Virus record (IMG/VR): IMGVR_UViG_3300033143_006337
Location: 1-56,171 of that record
From: a virus
Taxonomy: Duplodnaviria; Caudoviricetes
Length of the DNA stretch: 56,171 nt
Reading direction: 5' to 3' (one strand)
A model generated the notes under the pieces. It was given only the letters and a program-made list of their open reading frames with translations. It ran no database searches and was not told the DNA's origin. Positions 41,719 through 50,527 of the stretch are shown here, piece after piece; the stretch's first letter is position 1; each line of letters begins with the position of its first letter. The translations under genes and the position numbers were made by a program.

Positions 41719-43430
41719 TGAGTAGCAGGGACAGAAGACCATACCTTACAGCTGCTTCCTTAACACAGGATGTTTTGGATAACAGCCAAGATAATCTTAC
41801 GCAACAGCTTGAGATGATCGCTGAGATTACTGCACCCGATAGCTCAATTATAAAAGTTTCAGATAGAGCTAAGTATGTTGGTTCTTCTTTCTATGCTCCT
41901 AGAGTAAAATTTCCGATTATCTCAAGGACTGTTGGCGATTGGCTTAGTGGTGAGCTTGAGTTTTCCAGTCTCGATTTAATTTTGAACAATACGGACAAGA
42001 CTTACTCCCCTTATCTTCCTGGGGGAGCTTCTTATGATGGATGGATAGGAAGAAAAGTTGTGGTAAAGGTTGGTCTTTTCGAGCAGGCAGCAACATACAC
42101 AACAATTTTTGAAGGATTTGTAACTGATGTTGGTGGTTTCAGAAGAGACGCTATTACTTTTACGCTCATATGCCGTAATAAGTTTGATTCTGTTAATGCT
42201 TCCTTACCACAAGAAGTACTTGTTCCGGATTCCTATACAGATCTGGAGGATAGTTTTGTTGGTCGGGGTGTTCCTGTTATTTATGGTGACTGGACAACAG
42301 ACTTAAGAGAAGAAGCTCCAAGTGTACCTGCTCTTCCTGTTAACGGAGCAAACGCAGGAGTTTTGGCCGGTACAACTGACTTGAGGCTGGTGCTTGCCTC
42401 AACTCCTATCAGTGTTTTTGACGATACCAGCGTAACTCTTTACCGCGGGGATACTTACTACACGTTTGATGCTGCAGATATTACGATTGTTCCCGCTACG
42501 GATAACACTGAGTTCGATATTGAGCAGCAAAATCTAACTGTTGAGGGATCTCCTTGGATCTATGCACCAGGGGATGAGTTTTATTTGAAGGTTAAGGGAG
42601 TGGATCTTGGGGCTTATGATGATAACATTGTTTCCCAGGCTAAAGATATTCTCAAACGCTTTGGTGGGCTTGTAGACGGGGATTTTGACGCTAACTGGGC
42701 AACTTACCGGGATAAGGCAACTCCTGCACAAAGCAACATTGCTGCTTTCAAATCCCGTGTATGGATCGGAGACGACCAAAAAGCCCTTGCCTATGCCCTG
42801 TCAATGCTTGAGCAGGTACGCTTAGAGGCTTTTGTAGACCGAGACAGCAACTTCAAGCTCCTTGCCCTTCACTTTGAGGATTTTGTAGCTTCCCCCACCT
42901 TCGCAATAAAAAACTGGGATCTCGAGCGCAGGGGGTTTAACCCACAAATCGATGAGCGCAACAATTGGAATAGGGCAAAAGCTGATTTTTCTTATGATCC
43001 TTCAAAGCGGGAAAGTCTTTTCTCAACTGCGATCTACAAAAATTCTGCAGCGATAACGCAGGCAGGAAAAGAGATTTCTAAACTTATAACTTTCCCGAAT
43101 CTCTATGATGAAGATGATGTAGTTTACAATCTTAAGGAAATGATTCGTCTTGCAAGTGCTTACTCTGAGATGATCCCACAAACTCTGTCATCCAGAGCGT
43201 TTCTAAAAGACATTGGAGATTTTGTAGATTTGCAGGTGAAAATAGGGAGTGTTGAATTTGGAAACGGTACTGGTGTACCTTGTATGATAAGAGAAATTGG
43301 TTATGATCCAGATGGTTTAGCGATACCTTCGAAGCTTTGGAGCTTCCAGATGGTTCCTTTCCCCGGCTATGCGCCTGGGTATGCTGGCATAACTGGTGGT
43401 TATAATGCTACGATAACGAAAGAAACTTAA
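41718..43430 (+). CDS. Tail tip / baseplate hub protein
   Basis: Second gene after tape measure; IFEGFV, VPVIYGD, IGDFVDL pattern. Confidence 0.75.
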   Translation: MSSRDRRPYLTAASLTQDVLDNSQDNLTQQLEMIAEITAPDSSIIKVSDRAKYVGSSFYAPRVKFPIISRTVGDWLSGELEFSSLDLILNNTDKTYSPYLPGGASYDGWIGRKVVVKVGLFEQAATYTTIFEGFVTDVGGFRRDAITFTLICRNKFDSVNASLPQEVLVPDSYTDLEDSFVGRGVPVIYGDWTTDLREEAPSVPALPVNGANAGVLAGTTDLRLVLASTPISVFDDTSVTLYRGDTYYTFDAADITIVPATDNTEFDIEQQNLTVEGSPWIYAPGDEFYLKVKGVDLGAYDDNIVSQAKDILKRFGGLVDGDFDANWATYRDKATPAQSNIAAFKSRVWIGDDQKALAYALSMLEQVRLEAFVDRDSNFKLLALHFEDFVASPTFAIKNWDLERRGFNPQIDERNNWNRAKADFSYDPSKRESLFSTAIYKNSAAITQAGKEISKLITFPNLYDEDDVVYNLKEMIRLASAYSEMIPQTLSSRAFLKDIGDFVDLQVKIGSVEFGNGTGVPCMIREIGYDPDGLAIPSKLWSFQMVPFPGYAPGYAGITGGYNATITKET

Positions 43431-43442
43431 GGAGGCTTTCAA

Positions 43443-44108
43443 ATGACTGTCAATTTAGTGATATCGAAAACATTTTTAGGAGCGCAAGTCTCCGATGTAC
43501 TGGCAGGAGCAGGTGTTGGTGTTGACATTGGGCAAGTAGTCAATGGAAAATATGTTCCCATCATAAACCAAGTTGCGAATACAGGGCATCAGGATATTTA
43601 TGTTCGGCATGATGCTGCTGTAGACCAAATCACTGATGTTAAGACACATATTGCAGAGTATTCTGCAGGTGCTTATGGTGGTGCAGACAGTGCAGCTAAT
43701 GACTATGCAACATTAATCACAAAAGGAACTGCTGATACTGAAGACACTGCCAACAACTCTAACGGTACAGCTTCTGGTTTTCGTATTGAGCATAATGGTC
43801 TTGGTATCGCTGGGCTTGGTGCAAGTGCTTTCTTACCGTCAAGAGGACAGGTTGATATTTATGGCAATAGTGGAACAGACGGGATTGACTTAGCCAGTGC
43901 TTTTGACGCGCATGTTGACGCTATGGTTTATGATTCAGGTGGTGAGACTGATGCTATTGCTCCTGTTACGGGCCAAATCGGCAAAGCAGCTGATGCAAAC
44001 CTTGGTGAAGCAATGCACGTAGGTTTGAGGTTATACCTCGAACAAGCCGCAACGAATGGTGGTATTATACAGTGGGATTGGGTAGTAGCTTACTCCTTTA
44101 CTGCTTGA
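43443..44108 (+). CDS. Tail-associated structural protein
   Basis: AAGGAGG RBS, Gly/Ala/Asp-rich beta composition. Confidence 0.6.
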   Translation: MTVNLVISKTFLGAQVSDVLAGAGVGVDIGQVVNGKYVPIINQVANTGHQDIYVRHDAAVDQITDVKTHIAEYSAGAYGGADSAANDYATLITKGTADTEDTANNSNGTASGFRIEHNGLGIAGLGASAFLPSRGQVDIYGNSGTDGIDLASAFDAHVDAMVYDSGGETDAIAPVTGQIGKAADANLGEAMHVGLRLYLEQAATNGGIIQWDWVVAYSFTA

Positions 44109-44115
44109 GGTTTTT

Positions 44116-44571
44116 GTGAATTTAATTGTGAGAAAAGAAAATTCACCTGCTAAAAAAATGATAATGCCTCTTTGGCGTTTGAGATGGAGATTTGATTTTA
44201 TCGACAAAGCCCCCAGGATTGGTATCTGGAATGGTACAAGTGGCAGTGAAAAAGATTCTGCATGGGCAGTAGATAAAAGAGGTTTGAAGTCTGCATCGAT
44301 ACAAGGTGAATTTCACAGAGACTACATCGTAAAAACATTTTGGTTCTGTCCTGGTGAAGATTATGCAACGATGAAATGGGAAGGAGCAGTCAATATTCCT
44401 GGTGTTTTGGGATTTCAAGGGGAAGTTAAGTTAGCTCCGAGAATCATTGGTTTAAGCCTTCTTTCAAGATCAGAGCGAATAACGGTTTTTGTTAATGGTG
44501 AAATAACTAAAAGACCAATTAACGAAGACGAAGCAAAATTTAAAATTTATGAACATAGTAGAGGAGTTTAG
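44116..44571 (+). CDS. Hypothetical tail-region protein
   Basis: In-operon ORF, LRWRFDF. Confidence 0.6.
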   Translation: MNLIVRKENSPAKKMIMPLWRLRWRFDFIDKAPRIGIWNGTSGSEKDSAWAVDKRGLKSASIQGEFHRDYIVKTFWFCPGEDYATMKWEGAVNIPGVLGFQGEVKLAPRIIGLSLLSRSERITVFVNGEITKRPINEDEAKFKIYEHSRGV

Positions 44572-44573
44572 TC

Positions 44574-47258
44574 ATGAGAGTTTTTAGGTTTGTTATATTA
44601 GCTACACTTTTAACTTTTGTTTTTGGCCATACGCTTGACACAGATGTTGGTAGAGTTCCCCTAGCTCATCCCGATTTAGGGCATGATGGTGGAGCGGGAT
44701 TGCATACGAAAGTTCGCAATGCATGGACAACTATTGGGGATATTATAAGCTCACGCTATGAAGAGTTTACAAGTATTGCAGACTCAACTCTATCTACTCA
44801 TACTCACAATTTTAACATTCCCTTCGCAGATCTGAATGTAATCCTTTGGGATGATGTTGGGGCAGCTAAGACCAGGATTGCAGATCCAGCTGGAGCGGGG
44901 TGGATAATTGCCGCTAACGGTGGGGATGCTAAGAATAAAATAGATGTAACTACCCCTGGAAGTGGTGGACCACATGATTTTTCTGTAGAAGTGCATTCTG
45001 GTTTAAAAGATATGTCAGTGCAATCTTCTGCAGCTGTTTCTATTACTGGTGGGGATATTGATGATATAGATCTAACAGATCCTGTTCATGATGCTTCTGC
45101 AATCTTTGCCGAGATTGCAACACCAGCAAATCCAGCAGCTGGTAAGCATAAGATTTATTTTAAATCAACCGACAATAAACCCTATCGGTTAGATGAGAAC
45201 GGGGTAGAGCTTGAGCTTGGTTCTGGTGCAGGAGCAGGGGCTATTAACTACATCGCAAACTCAGATATAGAATCAAATGCAGATGATTATGATGAGTTTA
45301 AGGAAACAAAAACCGTAGCCACTGATGTTAGCGACAATGAGATTGATTTAACAGCTCATGGTTTACAAGTAGATGATTTAGTAAGTTTCACAGGGCTATC
45401 AAATACAACAACTCCAGCCAATAGCACAGATTATTACGTGCAGGCTGTGACTGATGCAGATCATTTTAAGCTTTCTACTACGAAAGGTGGATCAGCATTA
45501 ACCTTTGTAGGAACTGATGATACAGGTGTAACACAAACTCAGTCACGCGCAATTACGGGAACAGGTGGAAGCCCTACATTAGCAGTAGCTAGAACAACAA
45601 CAGGAGGAGAAATATTAAGAGGGACAGCTTCTTTAGAAATTACAAAGGACGCTGCCTCAAGATTGGGGGAAGGATTCGCTGTTGATTATACCGTTGATAG
45701 AGCAGACTTTTCTAAACGTCTTGAGTGGTCTTTTGATTGGATGACTTCAGCTAATTATGTTTCCGGTGATATGGGAATGTACTTATACCGGGTAACGGCA
45801 ACAGCTAAGCTTATTCCTGTTAGTTATGTAAACTTACCAGCACACCAAACAGTTGCTACTCCTATTCAGATTTATGCAAATCATGAGGAAGCTGGAGATT
45901 ATAGGATAATCTGGCAAGTACAAACCTCAAATGCATCTGCCTATACAGCTTATGTGGATAATGTTTCTGTTGGTCCAATGAATACAGCGCAAGGCCCACC
46001 AGTAAGTGAATTTATTTCCTGGACGCCAATATTTGAGAATGATTCAACGCATGCTCCAGATCAAGCAGATTTTTATTATCAACGTGTTGGTAGTAAAATA
46101 TTCATACATTTTATTTACAATGTTACTGCTACAGGTACAGACGCAAGCCCTTGGAGGTTTACTCTTCCTGATGGTATATCTCCTTCAACGCTTAGTTCCG
46201 GTGATAGTGCTGGTATTATCAAAGTATGGAAACGAACTGTAGGCTATGTTGCAATAGATGCGGTATATCAAACGGGTAATAAAATAGGACTAATAAAACA
46301 CCAAAGTACTGCATTAATGAATGGCAATGACATAGGAATTACTGGCTCAGAGTTTGATGTTATTGAATCACCTGGTACTATTTCTTTTGAAGTTGCAGCC
46401 TGGTCAGGATCGGCTGTGGGTTTAACAAATAGTCGCGTCGAATATTCTTGCAACACAACAACGACAGATGCAGACGATACTGCTAATTTTTCAAATAGTC
46501 CCAATGGTTGCTTAATGCCAAACATTACGGCAACAACTGCTGGATCAGCTGATTTGTCAAAAAGAGTTCGCTTTTTAACAACTATCCAATCTACCGACGT
46601 AAAAGGAATAGAAATTCTAAGAAACGGAGAAACAATTTGGGAACTTGTAGAAGTATCTGATGCATATGCAATGCATACAAATCAAAGTATTGAATCGTAT
46701 GGTATCGGATATAAACCAGTTACAGGCAGCACTACTGATCTTGACGTTAGATTTGGAAGAGCTGGTAGACTAACCAATGGTTCATATGCTGGCACAGGAT
46801 CTAACTATCCTCAAACATCAGGGGATCGCTACCGAGTATTTAAATCGAGTAATCCTTTAAGTATAGGGCAAGCAGTTACAGAATATTTTGAAGTAAAAAA
46901 ATTAACAGCTGATGTAGCTTCTGATACTGCTTCAATTGCTGATTTTGCTACTACTCTTACACCAGGCAAAGAGTATCGCTTCACAATGAATTATAAAATT
47001 GTTATTGGAGCAGGCGCTCCTCAAGCAGCGACATTGAGACTTCTCGATGGTGGAACAATCATAGGAACTGTTTTTCATTCTTCTGGGTCAAACGTAACTT
47101 ACCAAGATAGTTTTTCTACAGTGCGAACGATGCAAAGCTCAGCATTTACTGTTTCATGGGATGAAAATACAAACTGTGATCTTAACGGGGATAATACTCT
47201 AAATGAAACCCACTTGATAATTGAAGAAGTTGATTTAGTAGAAGGGACTGTAAATTGA
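44574..47258 (+). CDS. Multi-domain tail fibre / receptor-binding protein with signal-peptide-like N-terminus
   Basis: MRVFRFVILATLLTFVFG/HT; TPANPAAG..KIYFK, HGL..DD.V.F...YYV...FKLS, SWTP...YYQRVG fibre modules. Confidence 0.75.
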   Translation: MRVFRFVILATLLTFVFGHTLDTDVGRVPLAHPDLGHDGGAGLHTKVRNAWTTIGDIISSRYEEFTSIADSTLSTHTHNFNIPFADLNVILWDDVGAAKTRIADPAGAGWIIAANGGDAKNKIDVTTPGSGGPHDFSVEVHSGLKDMSVQSSAAVSITGGDIDDIDLTDPVHDASAIFAEIATPANPAAGKHKIYFKSTDNKPYRLDENGVELELGSGAGAGAINYIANSDIESNADDYDEFKETKTVATDVSDNEIDLTAHGLQVDDLVSFTGLSNTTTPANSTDYYVQAVTDADHFKLSTTKGGSALTFVGTDDTGVTQTQSRAITGTGGSPTLAVARTTTGGEILRGTASLEITKDAASRLGEGFAVDYTVDRADFSKRLEWSFDWMTSANYVSGDMGMYLYRVTATAKLIPVSYVNLPAHQTVATPIQIYANHEEAGDYRIIWQVQTSNASAYTAYVDNVSVGPMNTAQGPPVSEFISWTPIFENDSTHAPDQADFYYQRVGSKIFIHFIYNVTATGTDASPWRFTLPDGISPSTLSSGDSAGIIKVWKRTVGYVAIDAVYQTGNKIGLIKHQSTALMNGNDIGITGSEFDVIESPGTISFEVAAWSGSAVGLTNSRVEYSCNTTTTDADDTANFSNSPNGCLMPNITATTAGSADLSKRVRFLTTIQSTDVKGIEILRNGETIWELVEVSDAYAMHTNQSIESYGIGYKPVTGSTTDLDVRFGRAGRLTNGSYAGTGSNYPQTSGDRYRVFKSSNPLSIGQAVTEYFEVKKLTADVASDTASIADFATTLTPGKEYRFTMNYKIVIGAGAPQAATLRLLDGGTIIGTVFHSSGSNVTYQDSFSTVRTMQSSAFTVSWDENTNCDLNGDNTLNETHLIIEEVDLVEGTVN

Positions 47259-47449
47259 AACGATATATCTGTATAACAATTTCAATTTGGTTTATCTGTA
47301 TAACAAACTGCAGATGTGTTTCTACTCATCACGTAGCAGATAAAAATGGTTGTGTCAAAAAAGAAGCTTCCTACGGTACGCAAGCATATGGTAAAGAAAA
47401 AGAAATCGAAAAATGTGGTTATACCCCAGGGGGGAAAGTCAAAAAATGA
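47255..47449 (+). CDS. Small Cys-rich exported protein or lipoprotein
   Basis: Basic then hydrophobic N-terminus followed by NCRC; overlap-coupled on both sides. Confidence 0.45.
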   Translation: MKRYICITISIWFICITNCRCVSTHHVADKNGCVKKEASYGTQAYGKEKEIEKCGYTPGGKVKK

Positions 47450-47826
47450 CAGATATTGTTAGAGCAAGAAATACTCATAGAGCCCAGGTGCTTGTTGATG
47501 GTGACATGAGCCAGGATCTTGTATCCAAGACTATTGACTTTAGAGAAATGGCGATAGGTTCTATACAATCTCATTGGGAAGGCAACGATGAGTTTGATGG
47601 TGAGCTTCATTTTTACGGGAGCAATTATCCAGACCAGTTTTTCTCTAAGCTTTCTTGCGGTTACCACGTTATGGATGAGGATGGTTCTGATGCTTATGAT
47701 AATGCAAAATGCCACATCCCAAACCTGGGGGTTATCGGGTATCGTTATATGAGGGTGCTTTACAAAAAAGGCTCAAATACTGCAGGAACACTAAACATCA
47801 TTTGTATAGGTAAGAAAAATGGGTAA
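47446..47826 (+). CDS. Small beta-sandwich virion protein
   Basis: VSKTID...GSN...YRYMRVLY...GTL pattern. Confidence 0.6.
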   Translation: MTDIVRARNTHRAQVLVDGDMSQDLVSKTIDFREMAIGSIQSHWEGNDEFDGELHFYGSNYPDQFFSKLSCGYHVMDEDGSDAYDNAKCHIPNLGVIGYRYMRVLYKKGSNTAGTLNIICIGKKNG

Positions 47827-48262
47827 CATCAAAGATCTTCCTGCACAAATCGTTAAGAATTGCCCCGAAGGTGGAGCCCTGGATGTTTCGTTCTCTCCTA
47901 TCGATAGCACGACGAAAATTGCAGCTGCTTCGAATGGTTGGGTGGATGTTCCTGATGAAAGTTGGAAAGAGCTTTTCAAGCATACCCTGCTTGCCGTTGA
48001 CGGTACGCTCTATATTTTAGGAATGCTTACGTCTTTAGTCGGCATGAGCGGGGATTTTAGAATTGATGTTTATGATGGTGCAAGCTCAACATACCACGAA
48101 GAGCATAATTTGAATTCACAAAAACCATCTCTTTCTCATGGGTTAAAAAAAGCAATTAACGTGCCTTTCGTAGCTGGAGCTTACATAGCTGTACAGGCTA
48201 GGATGAACGTACAAAACCAGTCAGGACGTGCATTTGCATCGCTGAGTATCGTTAAACAATAG
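47819..48262 (+). CDS. Hypothetical tail-region protein
   Basis: In-operon ORF, beta-rich. Confidence 0.6.
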   Translation: MGNIKDLPAQIVKNCPEGGALDVSFSPIDSTTKIAAASNGWVDVPDESWKELFKHTLLAVDGTLYILGMLTSLVGMSGDFRIDVYDGASSTYHEEHNLNSQKPSLSHGLKKAINVPFVAGAYIAVQARMNVQNQSGRAFASLSIVKQ

Positions 48263-48284
48263 ATTTTTAGGAAAGGTTTAACTA

Positions 48285-48548
48285 ATGCCTATACTTATTT
48301 TTGACGATAAGGAGTTCAAGTTTTATGTTAGGGCTCGACCTAACGAGACTTTTACTCCTGATGAAGAGATCCAAAAACTTAACGATGAACTTGCTGTTAT
48401 TCGTGGTGAGTATCAGCAAGTTTATAAAAAGTTAAGTAACTTCCTTCCAAAGTTGACACTATGGAGCAGAAAACACGATGTTGATTTGGAAAAAAAGTTA
48501 AGGGCTAAGGAGGAAAAGCAGAAAGAGGCTGAGCCTAAAGAAAGTTAA
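48285..48548 (+). CDS. Small coiled-coil protein, possible fibre chaperone
   Basis: Charged helical composition unlike neighbours. Confidence 0.5.
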   Translation: MPILIFDDKEFKFYVRARPNETFTPDEEIQKLNDELAVIRGEYQQVYKKLSNFLPKLTLWSRKHDVDLEKKLRAKEEKQKEAEPKES

Positions 48549-48568
48549 TCTTTATTTAGGAGTAAGAC

Positions 48569-49588
48569 ATGATAGCTTTCACAACTCTTATTGGTCAATA
48601 CAATGCAGCTCTTTTAACCCTTGCCGATGGTGATTTCGGTCATCCAGCAATCGACGTTAAATCTCGTCTTATCTTGGATCATACAACGTCTTCAATGAAA
48701 ATTGGAGATGGTACGGATATCCTGGATGTACTGGTTTGGGATGCAGCAAGTGCGGGAACTGAAAAAGGTTTCATGCCTCTTGGTGTTTACAAAGCAAATC
48801 CCACCAATCTTGCCGATACAGATGGTGACTGGGTGCCTTTTCAGTTTAACGGTGCTGGAGCATTACGTGTTGATGCAGAAGTTTCTGTAACTACAGGTGC
48901 AGATAAAGCAGAAGATTCCGCTCATGTTACTGCTGATATCGGTTCTTATGTTCTCTCAGTAAGAGAAGACGCGCTTGCTTCAAGCACAAGTGCAGATGGT
49001 GACTATCAGTCTTTCAAAACTGATTCACTTGGCGCATTGTGGGTAAGAAGCAGAGCAGCTTACGCAGAAGATGCTGCCCATACAACTGGTGATATGGGGA
49101 ATTTTGTTCTTGCTGTTGCTAATGAAGCAAAATCTGATCTTGTCAGCGCAGATGGTGACTACACTCCTTTTGCAGTTAGTAAAAAAGGTGAGCTTTACAC
49201 CATAACAGAAATTGCAGAAAACGGAACAGAAGCAGATATTGGTGTTGATGAAGCTGGTGATGGTGAAATTGATGTTGCTTATCACGCTACGAACTTTATT
49301 GATCTTGCAACTATTGCTGTTGGTGCTGGTGAAACTCTCACCATCAAAGGTTTTGATTGCTCAAGTGATGTTCTTGTTGCTGCTCGTCTTGTTGTCGATG
49401 ATGATGGTACGCCTACCAAAATCATCAGAAAACTTCCTGTTACGGAAAACAACGGTTACTCTGCTCTTGAATTCCTAAGAGGAATTGAAGTTGCTGGTAG
49501 CGCAACAATTTCCGTTATACTGCAGGCAAGATGCATGCGCCCAGGAAAAACCGCGCATTGTGGTGGTGGAATCAACGCTTATAAATAA
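48569..49588 (+). CDS. Repeat-containing fibre/spike protein
   Basis: Three to four repeats of ED.AH..GD.G..VLAV....ADGDY..F.....G.L. Confidence 0.65.
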   Translation: MIAFTTLIGQYNAALLTLADGDFGHPAIDVKSRLILDHTTSSMKIGDGTDILDVLVWDAASAGTEKGFMPLGVYKANPTNLADTDGDWVPFQFNGAGALRVDAEVSVTTGADKAEDSAHVTADIGSYVLSVREDALASSTSADGDYQSFKTDSLGALWVRSRAAYAEDAAHTTGDMGNFVLAVANEAKSDLVSADGDYTPFAVSKKGELYTITEIAENGTEADIGVDEAGDGEIDVAYHATNFIDLATIAVGAGETLTIKGFDCSSDVLVAARLVVDDDGTPTKIIRKLPVTENNGYSALEFLRGIEVAGSATISVILQARCMRPGKTAHCGGGINAYK

Positions 49589-49613
49589 TCTCTAAGAAAG
49601 GGGATAAGGGAAG

Positions 49614-49979
49614 ATGAAAAGATTAATATTACTGTTGTTCTTGATTCTTCCCTTTCTTTTTTCCTTCGATGAGATTAGAGATCCTGATAGGATAGATGTT
49701 AATGATGTTGGTTACTATTCATCAGTAATCACTGTTGGAACTTCCCAGGTGGAAGTTAAGACTGATACCACAAAAAGACGATACCGCCAAAGAATCCTAA
49801 TCTACAATGACTCAGGCTCAACTGTTTATGTTGGTCCTACAGGAGTTACCACAACAGGCTCCACAAAAGGAGTTCCTTTATACAAAAAACAAACTATGGT
49901 TATCCCGCTAGGGAATGTTGGGATATTTTTGATAGCTGGATCTGCCAGCAATGACGTTATAGTACAGGTGCTTGAGTGA
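49614..49979 (+). CDS. Signal-peptide beta-sandwich protein, distantly like the 31-32 kb paralogs
   Basis: MKRLILLLFLILPFLFS/FD; TVGTS...ILIYND....VYVG...GVPL. Confidence 0.7.
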   Translation: MKRLILLLFLILPFLFSFDEIRDPDRIDVNDVGYYSSVITVGTSQVEVKTDTTKRRYRQRILIYNDSGSTVYVGPTGVTTTGSTKGVPLYKKQTMVIPLGNVGIFLIAGSASNDVIVQVLE

Positions 49980-50518
49980 GAAAACTTCTATTCATACTGC
50001 TATGCCTTCTTTTTATCCAGGCTCCAGGTACTACTGATTTTTGGATTAGTCCTGAAGCAGAATCCATTCCTTTTGATCCCCTTACAAGTGGTTTAACGAG
50101 TACAGAAGTTGGGCCAGCAATAAGAGAAGCTGCAGATAGTGTAGCCGTTTCAGCTTCACCAGGATTCACCTGGGGTAAGAGCGGAAATATCACTAACTCT
50201 TATTTACTGAATGATACTGTACCGTCTAATCTGGCCGGTAGAATTGTTCCCATTACAGCTGGATATATAGCAGAGATTTTTGTATCAGCTGAAGTTGCTG
50301 CTACCTGTACAATTACTATTTATAAAAGAACTGATCCTGGTCCGGTATTTACACCCCTGGATTCTATTTCCCTGATAGCTGTAAGAACAATGGTAGCTGC
50401 ATCTACAGCAAGTGTTGCTCGCGGTGATGAGATTGCTGTAAAAGTTACTGCTGGGAGTGTTAAGAATCCTGTTGTTGGTTTGGTTATCAAAGGAGAGGTT
50501 TCTGGATCTCCACCATAA
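49976..50518 (+). CDS. Signal-peptide protein with fibre-type linker and beta-sandwich
   Basis: MRKLLFILLCLLFIQA/PG; AESIPFD...EV..AIRE motif. Confidence 0.7.
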   Translation: MRKLLFILLCLLFIQAPGTTDFWISPEAESIPFDPLTSGLTSTEVGPAIREAADSVAVSASPGFTWGKSGNITNSYLLNDTVPSNLAGRIVPITAGYIAEIFVSAEVAATCTITIYKRTDPGPVFTPLDSISLIAVRTMVAASTASVARGDEIAVKVTAGSVKNPVVGLVIKGEVSGSPP

Positions 50519-50527
50519 GGGCTAATT

